Origin: an uncultured archaeon
GTDB lineage: Archaea > Asgardarchaeota > Lokiarchaeia > Sigyniarchaeales > SOKP01
Length of the DNA: 64,000 nt
Reading direction: 5' to 3'
Assembly (NCBI GenBank): GCA_964508365.1
Contig: CAZDTP010000008.1
Coordinates: 1-64,000, forward strand
Both the position numbers and the translations under genes were made by a program. Numbering within the stretch: the first letter of the stretch is position 1; each line of letters opens with the position of its first letter. This document shows positions 38,990 through 47,364 of the stretch, one piece after another. The notes below the pieces were generated by a model. The model made no database searches, was not told the origin of the DNA, and was given only the letters and a program-made list of their open reading frames with translations.

Positions 38990-40072
38990 ATGAAAAGAAA
39001 TTTAACTTATTTAGTTTTAATTTTAATTACATCTCTTGCTCTGATTTCGACATTAAACATATATTCTCAGGTCAATTATGTTTCGGAAAATCAAGATTCA
39101 GTTTCGATTATTCCGCATGCATCATCTACCTATAATACTACGATAGAGATAAATGAATTGCCTGGAAACCCTCACAATTGGACTTGGGCGAAAGATCAAG
39201 GTATTTGCACTGGTACAGGTACTAATAGTGATCCTTTTGTAATCAAGAATCATTTCTTTGACACGAGGAGTTCTTCTACTACGGGCCTAACAATATTGAA
39301 TTCAAGAAAGCATTTTAGGATTGAGAATTGTCTTTTCAACATAAGTGTAAGTTACGCGGGTATTAGGTTATTAAACACTACAAATGGGTATATTACTGAA
39401 AATATGAATACTCCCCTTACAGGTGCTCTTGTTTGGCTCCTCAATTGTAGTTATAATACCGTTTTCAACAATAATGCATCCTATTGTTCTTTTTATGGAA
39501 TATATATAGACCAAACATCTCATCATAATATAATCTCGAATAATCTCGCATCTTTTAATGTTCAAATAGGGATTCTTCTTCGGAACGACGCTAACCTCAA
39601 TACTATTCAAGACAATATTATTCATTTAAATCCTCAAGGTATTGCTTTGGAATCACATTCTGATAATAACACTATAAAAGGAAATCATATTTCGAATAAT
39701 ACAATAGTAGGGGTTAATCTTGCATCATTGACAACATATAACATTTTATACACAAATTGCTTCATGAATAATTCACTTCATGCAAGAGATAACGGAGCTA
39801 ATAATATATGGGACTTTGGCAGTAAAGGAAACTACTGGGATAATTATACAGGAGCAGATCTTAATATGGATGGGATTGGAGATATCCCCTATAATATAAC
39901 CGGTAGTAGTGGAAGCATGGATAATTTTCCATTAATGCAATGTCCATCTCCCAGTGGTTCTGATGGGATTCCGGGGTATGAACTATCCATCTTAATTAGT
40001 GGTATGCTAATAGGCATGGTAAGTCTAATTTGTTTAACTTACAAGAAAAAAAATAAAATTTTAAAATATTAG
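38990..40072 (+). CDS. Secreted NosD-like parallel beta-helix protein with Loki-CTERM-like anchor
   Basis: Signal-like N-terminus, repeated N.I.NN beta-helix turns, GNYWDNY.G.D...DGIGDIPY, and C-terminal IPGY + TM + KKK; RBS GAGGT. Confidence 0.85.
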   Translation: MKRNLTYLVLILITSLALISTLNIYSQVNYVSENQDSVSIIPHASSTYNTTIEINELPGNPHNWTWAKDQGICTGTGTNSDPFVIKNHFFDTRSSSTTGLTILNSRKHFRIENCLFNISVSYAGIRLLNTTNGYITENMNTPLTGALVWLLNCSYNTVFNNNASYCSFYGIYIDQTSHHNIISNNLASFNVQIGILLRNDANLNTIQDNIIHLNPQGIALESHSDNNTIKGNHISNNTIVGVNLASLTTYNILYTNCFMNNSLHARDNGANNIWDFGSKGNYWDNYTGADLNMDGIGDIPYNITGSSGSMDNFPLMQCPSPSGSDGIPGYELSILISGMLIGMVSLICLTYKKKNKILKY

Positions 40073-40203
40073 CATCATCTCTTTTTTTCATTTTTTTTAA
40101 AAACTGTTCTTATTAGGTATTTATAGGATCAAATCTCAAGCTTTTATAATTATAACCAAATTATTATATATATAAGGTCGCAATTAATTTAAGGGGAAAA
40201 ATA

Positions 40204-41007
40204 ATAAAAATCGCAATATCAGGCAAGGGTGGGGTTGGTAAAACATTAGTCGCTGGAACGATTGCTCGACTTTTTGCTAAGGATGGATTTAATGTTTTAG
40301 CAATAGACAACGATTCGGCAATGAATCTGAGTTACACTTTGGGAATTGAAGACGAAGTAAAATCGAAGATAGTCCCGATTTCTGAGATGAAGACCATGAT
40401 TGAGGAACGGACATCTGTTAAGGGAGCTGGTACTGGCGTTTATAACATTAATCCTGAGGTAGCGGACATTCCAGATAGATTTAAGGTTACAGGTCCAGAC
40501 AACTTACAGCTTCTAGTTTTAGGAGGTATAGAAGAACCTGCATCTGGGTGTTTATGTCCCGAAAATGCACTTATCAGAACTTTGCTTTTCAATTTGCTTG
40601 TAAAAAGAAATGAAGTAATCGTTGTAGATTTCGAAGCAGGATTGGAGCATTTAGGTCGTGGAACTGCTAAAGGAATTGATGTTATGCTAGTAGTTACCGA
40701 ACCTTCTCGAAAATCATTAGATTTATGTTCAAAAATAATTGATCTATCGAAAAAGTTAGGCATCATTAACATTTTCCTTATTGCCAATAAAGTTATTGAC
40801 GATTCTCAATTATCAATAATTAACGATAGAATTAAAAATTGGGAAATCCCGCTATATCATTATATTCCTTTTGATCTTGAAATTGGAAAAGCCGATTTAA
40901 ATGGAACTTCACCCTTAGATTATAATAATAAATCAGAAGCAATTCAATCTATTGGAAGGCTTTATGATAAATTAAAGAAACTAAAACAAGAACTGTTTGA
41001 TTTATAA
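40204..41007 (+). CDS. cooC: CooC/AcsF-type nickel-insertion ATPase
   Basis: (I)KIAISGKGGVGKT Walker A lies upstream of the first ATG (40321); GCLC, DFEAGLEHLGRGT; probable ATA start. Confidence 0.88.
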   Translation: MKIAISGKGGVGKTLVAGTIARLFAKDGFNVLAIDNDSAMNLSYTLGIEDEVKSKIVPISEMKTMIEERTSVKGAGTGVYNINPEVADIPDRFKVTGPDNLQLLVLGGIEEPASGCLCPENALIRTLLFNLLVKRNEVIVVDFEAGLEHLGRGTAKGIDVMLVVTEPSRKSLDLCSKIIDLSKKLGIINIFLIANKVIDDSQLSIINDRIKNWEIPLYHYIPFDLEIGKADLNGTSPLDYNNKSEAIQSIGRLYDKLKKLKQELFDL

Positions 41008-41156
41008 ACAAAAAAAAAGTTCTCTGCATACCTTGTTCTATCAATTGTTCAACATATATAGTCTATATATGAGATCAATAAATATGCAAATCTGATCTTC
41101 TGGATTGGAGCAATCCAAAAATTATTAAAATTAATAAAAGGAGGGATGAGATCAAG

Positions 41157-41342
41157 ATGGTTAAGAAAAAAGAGAACCTACTAGTTTTAGGGATGTTCTG
41201 TTTGATAGCTGCATTTATCTTTGAAATGTTTGGAAATGCGAATATAATTCTTGATGTGATAAGTTTATTTTTTATTGGTATCGCTATATTTTCAAACGCA
41301 AAATACTTAGTTCTGTCAACAATAGATAAGAAGAAGAAGTAG
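41157..41342 (+). CDS. Small 2-TM membrane protein
   Basis: 61 aa, RBS GGAGG, two hydrophobic helices flanked by Lys clusters. Confidence 0.6.
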   Translation: MVKKKENLLVLGMFCLIAAFIFEMFGNANIILDVISLFFIGIAIFSNAKYLVLSTIDKKKK

Positions 41343-41366
41343 TTTCTTTGAGTTATGATTCCGTTT

Positions 41367-41609
41367 TCATAACATGTCGGATAAATCGAGGCTCTGATCC
41401 TCAGCGATTTCTTTCCATTGTTCTATCGCTTCCAAAGCATCTTTCTCTTCCATTTGCTCAATTGCGTAACCAGCGTGAACAATGATATACTTACCTACTT
41501 CCGGATTTAATATTAACGCTATAATGACTTCTTGTTCAATTCCATCGAAGTCGACTAACGCGGTATTCCCATCAATTCTAACGATTTTACCTGGAATCGC
41601 GAGACACAT
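41367..41609 (-). CDS. hypC: Hydrogenase maturation chaperone HypC
   Basis: MCLAIPGKI N-terminus and YIIVHAGYAI. Confidence 0.95.
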   Translation of the reverse strand: MCLAIPGKIVRIDGNTALVDFDGIEQEVIIALILNPEVGKYIIVHAGYAIEQMEEKDALEAIEQWKEIAEDQSLDLSDML

Positions 41610-41771
41610 GAGTAATTTAACGAAGTGATTTTAACTATATTAGGTAATATTAGGGTCTAAAAAAAACTATTGATTATAACAGGATCATTTCCTCACTAAA
41701 TCATTCGCGAATTCTTTATATTGCTTACTGTAATAATTAAATTTAATATCACAACAATGTGAGTAAATAGA

Positions 41772-42314
41772 ATGATTTTAGAAAAATTAAAAAAAAGCCC
41801 AAGTGATTTAATTTTATTAATAATCGCCGCAATAGGCGTCATTATTCTTCTAGTTATAAATATCCTTGTTTTTGAACCCTTAACAAACTCAATCTATGGA
41901 ATACTTGATTTCGAATTTGCTTGGACTAAGGAACAAATTTTAATTATTTTTGCGGAGTGGGAGAGCGCCGCGGTAATGTCATTACAAGCTAATGGAGTGT
42001 ATTGGGACTTTCTCTATATCATAGGATACACAGTGCCTTTGTTTGCATTAATTTTACTATTTACTCGAAAATTAAGCGGTAAAGTAGTAGACATTGGTCT
42101 TTACATTAGTCTTACGCCTTTCATCGCAGGAATTTTCGATTTGATAGAAAATATTAACCTCCTAATCATGCTTAACGATTATCCAGATTTTGAATCTTTC
42201 GTGCCCTTGACAGCTTCGATAACTGCATTTATTAAATTTAGTTTTCTATTGGTAGGAGCAATCTTCTTTTTAGTTGTTTTAGTTCTGACCTTAATTAAAC
42301 GATTTAAAAAATAA
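41772..42314 (+). CDS. Hypothetical 4-TM membrane protein
   Basis: LDFEFAW, DFLYI and FDLIEN motifs; hydrophobic helices. Confidence 0.7.
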   Translation: MILEKLKKSPSDLILLIIAAIGVIILLVINILVFEPLTNSIYGILDFEFAWTKEQILIIFAEWESAAVMSLQANGVYWDFLYIIGYTVPLFALILLFTRKLSGKVVDIGLYISLTPFIAGIFDLIENINLLIMLNDYPDFESFVPLTASITAFIKFSFLLVGAIFFLVVLVLTLIKRFKK

Positions 42315-42381
42315 ATGTAATAAATTCTCTTTTTTTCTTTTGAACTAACTGATAAAAATAACCCTTTAAATTCAGAACCAG

Positions 42382-43164
42382 CTAGATCTTTTCACTGTAC
42401 GAGGCTAATAAATCATTCAGCCAATTATAGATTTCTTCTTTCGATAAGTTATCGAGGTTAAATTTCAATCTTTCTATTTCCTTGAGAAGATTTATCATCT
42501 CTAAGGGAATCGATCTTTCGCATAATTCAAACAATAACTCGTTAGTTTTTGAAATTATCATTTTAATTTTTGTAACTAGAGGCTCAACATCAGGGATATC
42601 CTCAAGTCGCACGAGGAGATTAATAAGGCTGAATAGAAATTCTGTTTTGTTTCCTTTAAAAGAACTATCGAATTGGTAATAATATCTATCAAAATACTCC
42701 ATCGGAATGATTTCCTCGTATTTATTGGATATTTTTATTACAGACTTTATATTTTTAAAAAGTAGAGAAGGAGTCCACGTAAAAGTTTGATAGTTTGAAA
42801 CAACATTTCCACTACGAATCACTGGGATAAATTTATGGTCTCCTTTAAAATGTCCAAATGGAATGATTATAAAATCTAACGATTCCGAAGAAGAATAATC
42901 TTTTACATTAATATACAAATCTTTTATAGTGTGAATCATTTCGGCTCTATGGTCAAGGATATCGAATTCAATTCTATTGAATGATGGCTTGTAAATATAA
43001 AAAATTAAACCCTCAAATCCTTGGATTTCTAAATCAAGCGAGAAGTTTAACATTTCTTGAGATAATTTGTCGGTCTTAAATCTCAAATCTAACATGATGT
43101 GAGAATAATTTTCAATATATTGGAAAAACCAAGGTGGATTTCTCTCTGCTTCAAACGATATCAT
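42382..43164 (-). CDS. Hypothetical protein
   Basis: 260-aa ORF with ATG; family not recognised. Confidence 0.6.
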   Translation of the reverse strand: MISFEAERNPPWFFQYIENYSHIMLDLRFKTDKLSQEMLNFSLDLEIQGFEGLIFYIYKPSFNRIEFDILDHRAEMIHTIKDLYINVKDYSSSESLDFIIIPFGHFKGDHKFIPVIRSGNVVSNYQTFTWTPSLLFKNIKSVIKISNKYEEIIPMEYFDRYYYQFDSSFKGNKTEFLFSLINLLVRLEDIPDVEPLVTKIKMIISKTNELLFELCERSIPLEMINLLKEIERLKFNLDNLSKEEIYNWLNDLLASYSEKI

Positions 43165-43536
43165 TTAATCTCTACTCATAATATTTCTCATTAAGATGAA
43201 TTATATATATTTTATACCTAATTTATATTTCTTCACTTGAAGAAATGAATTGCACATAATTAAACGTCACCACTATTTTTATTTTTTGTGATTTGAACAT
43301 TTGACAGACAATATAAATATAACATATCTATTAGGAAAAACAATATCAATAATTGCATGATTCTGTTCGCAGCTTAACATTTTTTGACTAAATATAAAAT
43401 TTACAATAGATTTCTTCTTTTTTTTTGGAATTTGCTCAAATCTTCCTAATTTTATACTAACATAAATTATTTAAATTAAGTGCTATGTTACAAAATTGTC
43501 AAAGTCAAAAATTGTATATAGAGGTTAAATTTAAAG

Positions 43537-44217
43537 ATGGAATTACAGTCAATAAATAGTATGGAGGAATATTTGAAACCAACAGAATTTTGTGATTGTA
43601 ACAATCAAGAAATAATTGCTAAGGCAAAAAAACTTACTAAGCATGATAAAACTCCTAAAGAGATGGCGTTAAGTATTTTTCATTTTGTAAGAGATCAGAT
43701 CGCTTTCATGATGAGTGAGAGTGATAAAGCATCTGAAACTCTTAAAAAAAGATTTGGTGATTGTGGTACCAAAACAAATCTTCAAGTTGCATTGTTACGA
43801 GCTGTCAATATCCCAGCTAAATATCATATTGCTTCTTTATGTAAAGAATCTATTAAAGGCATAGTTTCAGAATCATTTTATAACTTGTCCCCAGATGTAA
43901 TATCAAATCATCCTTGGTGTGAATGTTTCCTCTCTGAAAAATGGATCTCTTGCGATACTTTGTTAGATATAGTATTAACAGAAGGTATTTATAAGAAGGG
44001 TATTCACACTAAAGAAGAAATTCCAACAATCGAATGGGATGGTGAAAATGATTTAAACACTATGATCACATGGATGATAGAAGATAAGGGAACTATTTCT
44101 TCTCTTGATGATTTATTTATAGAAACTCAAAAGGAATTTGAAAAAATTCCAATTAAACTAAGAAATAATTTAATTTATCAAGCAAATAAATGTGCTGATA
44201 ATGTACGAAAACAATAA
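43537..44217 (+). CDS. Transglutaminase-like superfamily protein
   Basis: GDCGTK (catalytic Cys), HPWCE (His), WISCD (Asp); RBS GAGGT. Confidence 0.85.
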   Translation: MELQSINSMEEYLKPTEFCDCNNQEIIAKAKKLTKHDKTPKEMALSIFHFVRDQIAFMMSESDKASETLKKRFGDCGTKTNLQVALLRAVNIPAKYHIASLCKESIKGIVSESFYNLSPDVISNHPWCECFLSEKWISCDTLLDIVLTEGIYKKGIHTKEEIPTIEWDGENDLNTMITWMIEDKGTISSLDDLFIETQKEFEKIPIKLRNNLIYQANKCADNVRKQ

Positions 44218-44355
44218 CTAAACAGCTTTTTTAAATTCTTTTAATGAGAAGAAGGAACTCAATCTAAATACTACTATTTTTCTTAAATTAAATTTTAGTT
44301 TAAAGAAAAAATATATTAAAAAAATAAAAAAAAATAAAGTTATAAATTTGTTTAA

Positions 44356-45228
44356 TTATAAACCAAGTTTTTCTAATACGGGTTTTAATCGAACTCTGTG
44401 AAATTTCAAACCGATATCGTCTGGAGTGAAGCCCATCGCTAAAGCGTAAAGTTCTGTGATATACATCACGGGAGTATCGTATTCAGTTTCGTATGTCTTA
44501 CCTAAATCTCGCTGTCTCGTGTCGAATTGTTGATAACACGCAGGACAATTTACAACGATCACATCTGCGCCAGATTTTTTGATGGCGTCCATCTTAATCT
44601 TTAGGTTAGCAAACCCGTGTTCTTCGTAAGCGTTCGTCACAGCACTCCCGCAGCATAAAACTTCCTCTCCATAATCGACAACGGTTGCTCCACTTGCTTC
44701 TACGAGTTTCTTTAGCGTGGTTGGTCTCATAGGATCGTCGGATTCCATCCATTCAGCGGGTCGCATATAGTGACACCCTGGATGGACAGCAACTTTTAGA
44801 CCGTCGAGCGGTTTAGTAATTGCTCCTTTGACCTTGTCTAAATTATCGCTGAGCACATCGACAAAATGTTTAATATCTATCGTGCCTTTATATTCTTTGC
44901 CGATCTTAGCGAGTTCTTTATTGACCTTATCCATTTTCCATGAATCGTGCTTTAATTGATGTTGAACGCCTCTGAGCGTGTTGGTGCAACCATTACATAA
45001 AGAGATTATGTCTTTTCCTTCAGCTTCAGCTAAACATAAATTTCTCGCACCAATTGCTAGCCAGGCGTCGTTGTCAAACGATTTCATGCCAGTGGGATCA
45101 GGACAACAAGAAAAGTTTGTTTGTGAAGTCTCAATTCCTACCTTATCAAAAACTTTTCTGGATGCGGCTTCTATGAAAGGAATACGATTTCCAATAGTAC
45201 AACCTTCAAACATTTTATATTCTGTCAT
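44356..45228 (-). CDS. hdrB: Heterodisulfide reductase subunit B
   Basis: FEGC, SCCPDP, LCNGC, HPGCH, LCCG, NCPAC..QFD (CCG domains). Confidence 0.92.
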   Translation of the reverse strand: MTEYKMFEGCTIGNRIPFIEAASRKVFDKVGIETSQTNFSCCPDPTGMKSFDNDAWLAIGARNLCLAEAEGKDIISLCNGCTNTLRGVQHQLKHDSWKMDKVNKELAKIGKEYKGTIDIKHFVDVLSDNLDKVKGAITKPLDGLKVAVHPGCHYMRPAEWMESDDPMRPTTLKKLVEASGATVVDYGEEVLCCGSAVTNAYEEHGFANLKIKMDAIKKSGADVIVVNCPACYQQFDTRQRDLGKTYETEYDTPVMYITELYALAMGFTPDDIGLKFHRVRLKPVLEKLGL

Positions 45229-45243
45229 TTTTTATTATTCCTC

Positions 45244-45771
45244 CTATTTTAGCTTTTTATCTGCTCCAATATTTTTTAATAAAGTTTGGAATTCACTGAC
45301 ATCTGGTTGCATGACAAGTGGTATACCTAATTGTTCTCGTCTACGCTCGATAGGATCCTTCCCAGTTTTTGATGGAGGGATTGCTTTTCCACTTTCAAAG
45401 ATCGCTCTTGCTTGCGAAAAAATGAAATCTGGTCCCTTTCCATTCGCGATGCTCTGATTCTTTAAAAATGTAAAGACTTCAGTCAATTCGATGTTCTGTG
45501 GACACACTTCATCGCAAGTGTCGCACACTGTACAACCCCATATTGTTAGAGGGTCAGCGTTAAATATCGCATCTTTGTATCCTAACAAGGCATTAAGAAT
45601 ATTACTTCTTGGATTGTATCCTGTAGTCGTATAGAAATCGGTCGTTACCTTAGTAACTGGACAATTATCTGCACAACGGCTACACTGATAGCAGTATTTA
45701 ATTAAATCAGACCCGATATGATAATCCATAACTTGTTTTCGAAATTCAAAATCTACTGTCATTTTTTTCAC
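45244..45771 (-). CDS. hdrC: Heterodisulfide reductase subunit C
   Basis: CYQCSRCADNCP and IWGCTVCDTCDEVCPQ ferredoxin motifs; directly upstream of hdrB. Confidence 0.9.
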   Translation of the reverse strand: MKKMTVDFEFRKQVMDYHIGSDLIKYCYQCSRCADNCPVTKVTTDFYTTTGYNPRSNILNALLGYKDAIFNADPLTIWGCTVCDTCDEVCPQNIELTEVFTFLKNQSIANGKGPDFIFSQARAIFESGKAIPPSKTGKDPIERRREQLGIPLVMQPDVSEFQTLLKNIGADKKLK

Positions 45772-45810
45772 ATCTTTTTCAATTTTTCATTTCCATTTAT
45801 TTTATATATT

Positions 45811-45885
45811 TATTGGCTTTTACCCCGGGCAGGGGGCGTTATATCCAATCTATTGTTTTTATTGGATATTCATCCTAAGCCAACA
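45811..45885 (-). promoter_or_regulatory. Candidate SECIS element spanning the vhuU stop codon
   Basis: Outer helix UGUUGGCUU/AAGCCAAUA; AUGA followed by perfect 9-bp helix AUAUCCAAU/AUUGGAUAU with apical AAAAAC; side hairpin GCCCC/GGGGU; the 3' quartet strand reads UAAC instead of canonical NGAN. Confidence 0.6.
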
Positions 45886-46022
45886 TTCAACTTGCGAGAG
45901 TAAACCTCTTCACCGTTTTCTTTAACAACGGTTATGTGGGCTGCACACGATAGTCAACAATCGAAGCAACGCACAATCATTTCTAAAAGGTTTACTACTC
46001 CTTCTGGTATTTCTTCGCTCAT
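45870..46022 (-). CDS. vhuU: VhuU selenopeptide: separately encoded C-terminus of the split NiFe(Se) hydrogenase large subunit, absent from the ORF track
   Basis: MSEEIPEGVVNLLEMIVRCFDC-U-LSCAAHITVVKENGEEVYSRKLNVGLG*; in-frame TGA at 45956-45954 falls at the Ni-ligand position of the L2 motif that vhuA lacks. Confidence 0.9.
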
Positions 46023-46049
46023 TTTTTAATCACGGTTTCCTCTTTTTTT

Positions 46050-47354
46050 TTAATTAATCCAAGGGTCTGGTAATTTTAATCCTTCTAATGCCTTATCTTC
46101 AAACACTTGTTTTGCTACGTGCATTAGTGTTTTCTCAATCCCAGCAATGTTGTGATTCGTCGCAACTAAGAGATTCGCTTTCTTACATATTCCTTCAGCA
46201 TCAGACCATATATTGTATAACAATAGCCCTCTTGGAGCTTCAGTTACTCCTACGCCACTTCCTTCTCTTGGTTGCACATCTAAGGTTTTGCAATCAGGGT
46301 TTACTACATCTGGATCTTGTAAGAGTGTAGCAATCATTTCGATCGACTCAACTAATTCAATTAATCGAGCCCAGTGATATGCGAAAGTATGATGGGAAAT
46401 TGGTCCAACTTTATCTCTAAAGGCTTTAAGCGCACCGTCAGCCAAAGGAGTTGCCATCTTATCAGCACAATTAATCATCGCTAATGTATTAGCACGATAA
46501 ATACCATCAGGATACCCTGCAGGCTTGTAATACATATGAGTTGCATATGAATGCTCTGGAATATGTTCACCAAGAGCGTCCAAATAGTCATGAACATCGT
46601 AGTCAATCTTCTTGCCATCAGGCGTAACTATTCTGATATCTCCTTCGTAAATATCGTGTACACCATTTTTAGTCATCCCCAGATAATAAGTAGGAACAAC
46701 ACCTACGTTAGCAACAACATCCCAATAATCTTCTACTACTTTTAATCCGATCTCAACAGTCTTCTTTGAAAATTCAACTTGTTCGTTAATTTGTGCTAAG
46801 AATTTATCCCGAGACGCTTCGCTCATTGGTTTTTTCATGCCTCCAACAATTGCAGAAATAGGATGAACTGATTTTCCTCCAATATCCGCACAGAGTTTTT
46901 GACCGAAATCCATCATTTTTAAAGCCATTGCTCCAACATCAGGCATTTTGCTAATTACATGAACAACATTCCTTAACGCAGGATCCGCAAAAGGGCCTAA
47001 TAAGAAATCAGGTGCAGCGAGTGCATAAAAGTGTAGTGCGTGACTGGAATATTGTTTCGCATTTTGTAGCAAAATTCGCAATTTTCGAGCTGGCTCTGGA
47101 ATAGTAACCCCCCAAGCATCCTCAACTGCTTTAGTAGGAGTTAAATGATGTGGGATTGGACAAATTCCGCAAATTCGAGGCGTGATTCTAGGTATATGCT
47201 CACAATAGCGACCTTCAAGAAACTTCTCGAAGAATCGTGTGGAAGCTATGTTAAATTGAGCGTCTTTTACCTTGCCATCGTCTCCGATGACAAATCTTAA
47301 TCCACCATGTCCCTCTAACCGAGTGACTGGTTCTACTGTTATTTCTTTTACCAT
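46050..47354 (-). CDS. vhuA: Group 3c NiFe hydrogenase large subunit, split (VhuA-type)
   Basis: EPVTRLEGHG, RICGICPIPH (L1 motif), EAPRGLL, ATNHN; ends KLPDPWIN with no L2 DPCxxC. Confidence 0.9.
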   Translation of the reverse strand: MVKEITVEPVTRLEGHGGLRFVIGDDGKVKDAQFNIASTRFFEKFLEGRYCEHIPRITPRICGICPIPHHLTPTKAVEDAWGVTIPEPARKLRILLQNAKQYSSHALHFYALAAPDFLLGPFADPALRNVVHVISKMPDVGAMALKMMDFGQKLCADIGGKSVHPISAIVGGMKKPMSEASRDKFLAQINEQVEFSKKTVEIGLKVVEDYWDVVANVGVVPTYYLGMTKNGVHDIYEGDIRIVTPDGKKIDYDVHDYLDALGEHIPEHSYATHMYYKPAGYPDGIYRANTLAMINCADKMATPLADGALKAFRDKVGPISHHTFAYHWARLIELVESIEMIATLLQDPDVVNPDCKTLDVQPREGSGVGVTEAPRGLLLYNIWSDAEGICKKANLLVATNHNIAGIEKTLMHVAKQVFEDKALEGLKLPDPWIN

Positions 47355-47364
47355 CTTTTTCCAC

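Noticed and set aside
45807-45872. Sec readthrough of the terminal vhuU TGA
   Set aside because: The extension (ISNKNNRLDITPPARGKSQ) has no motif and overlaps the structured RNA; the codon is better read as stop
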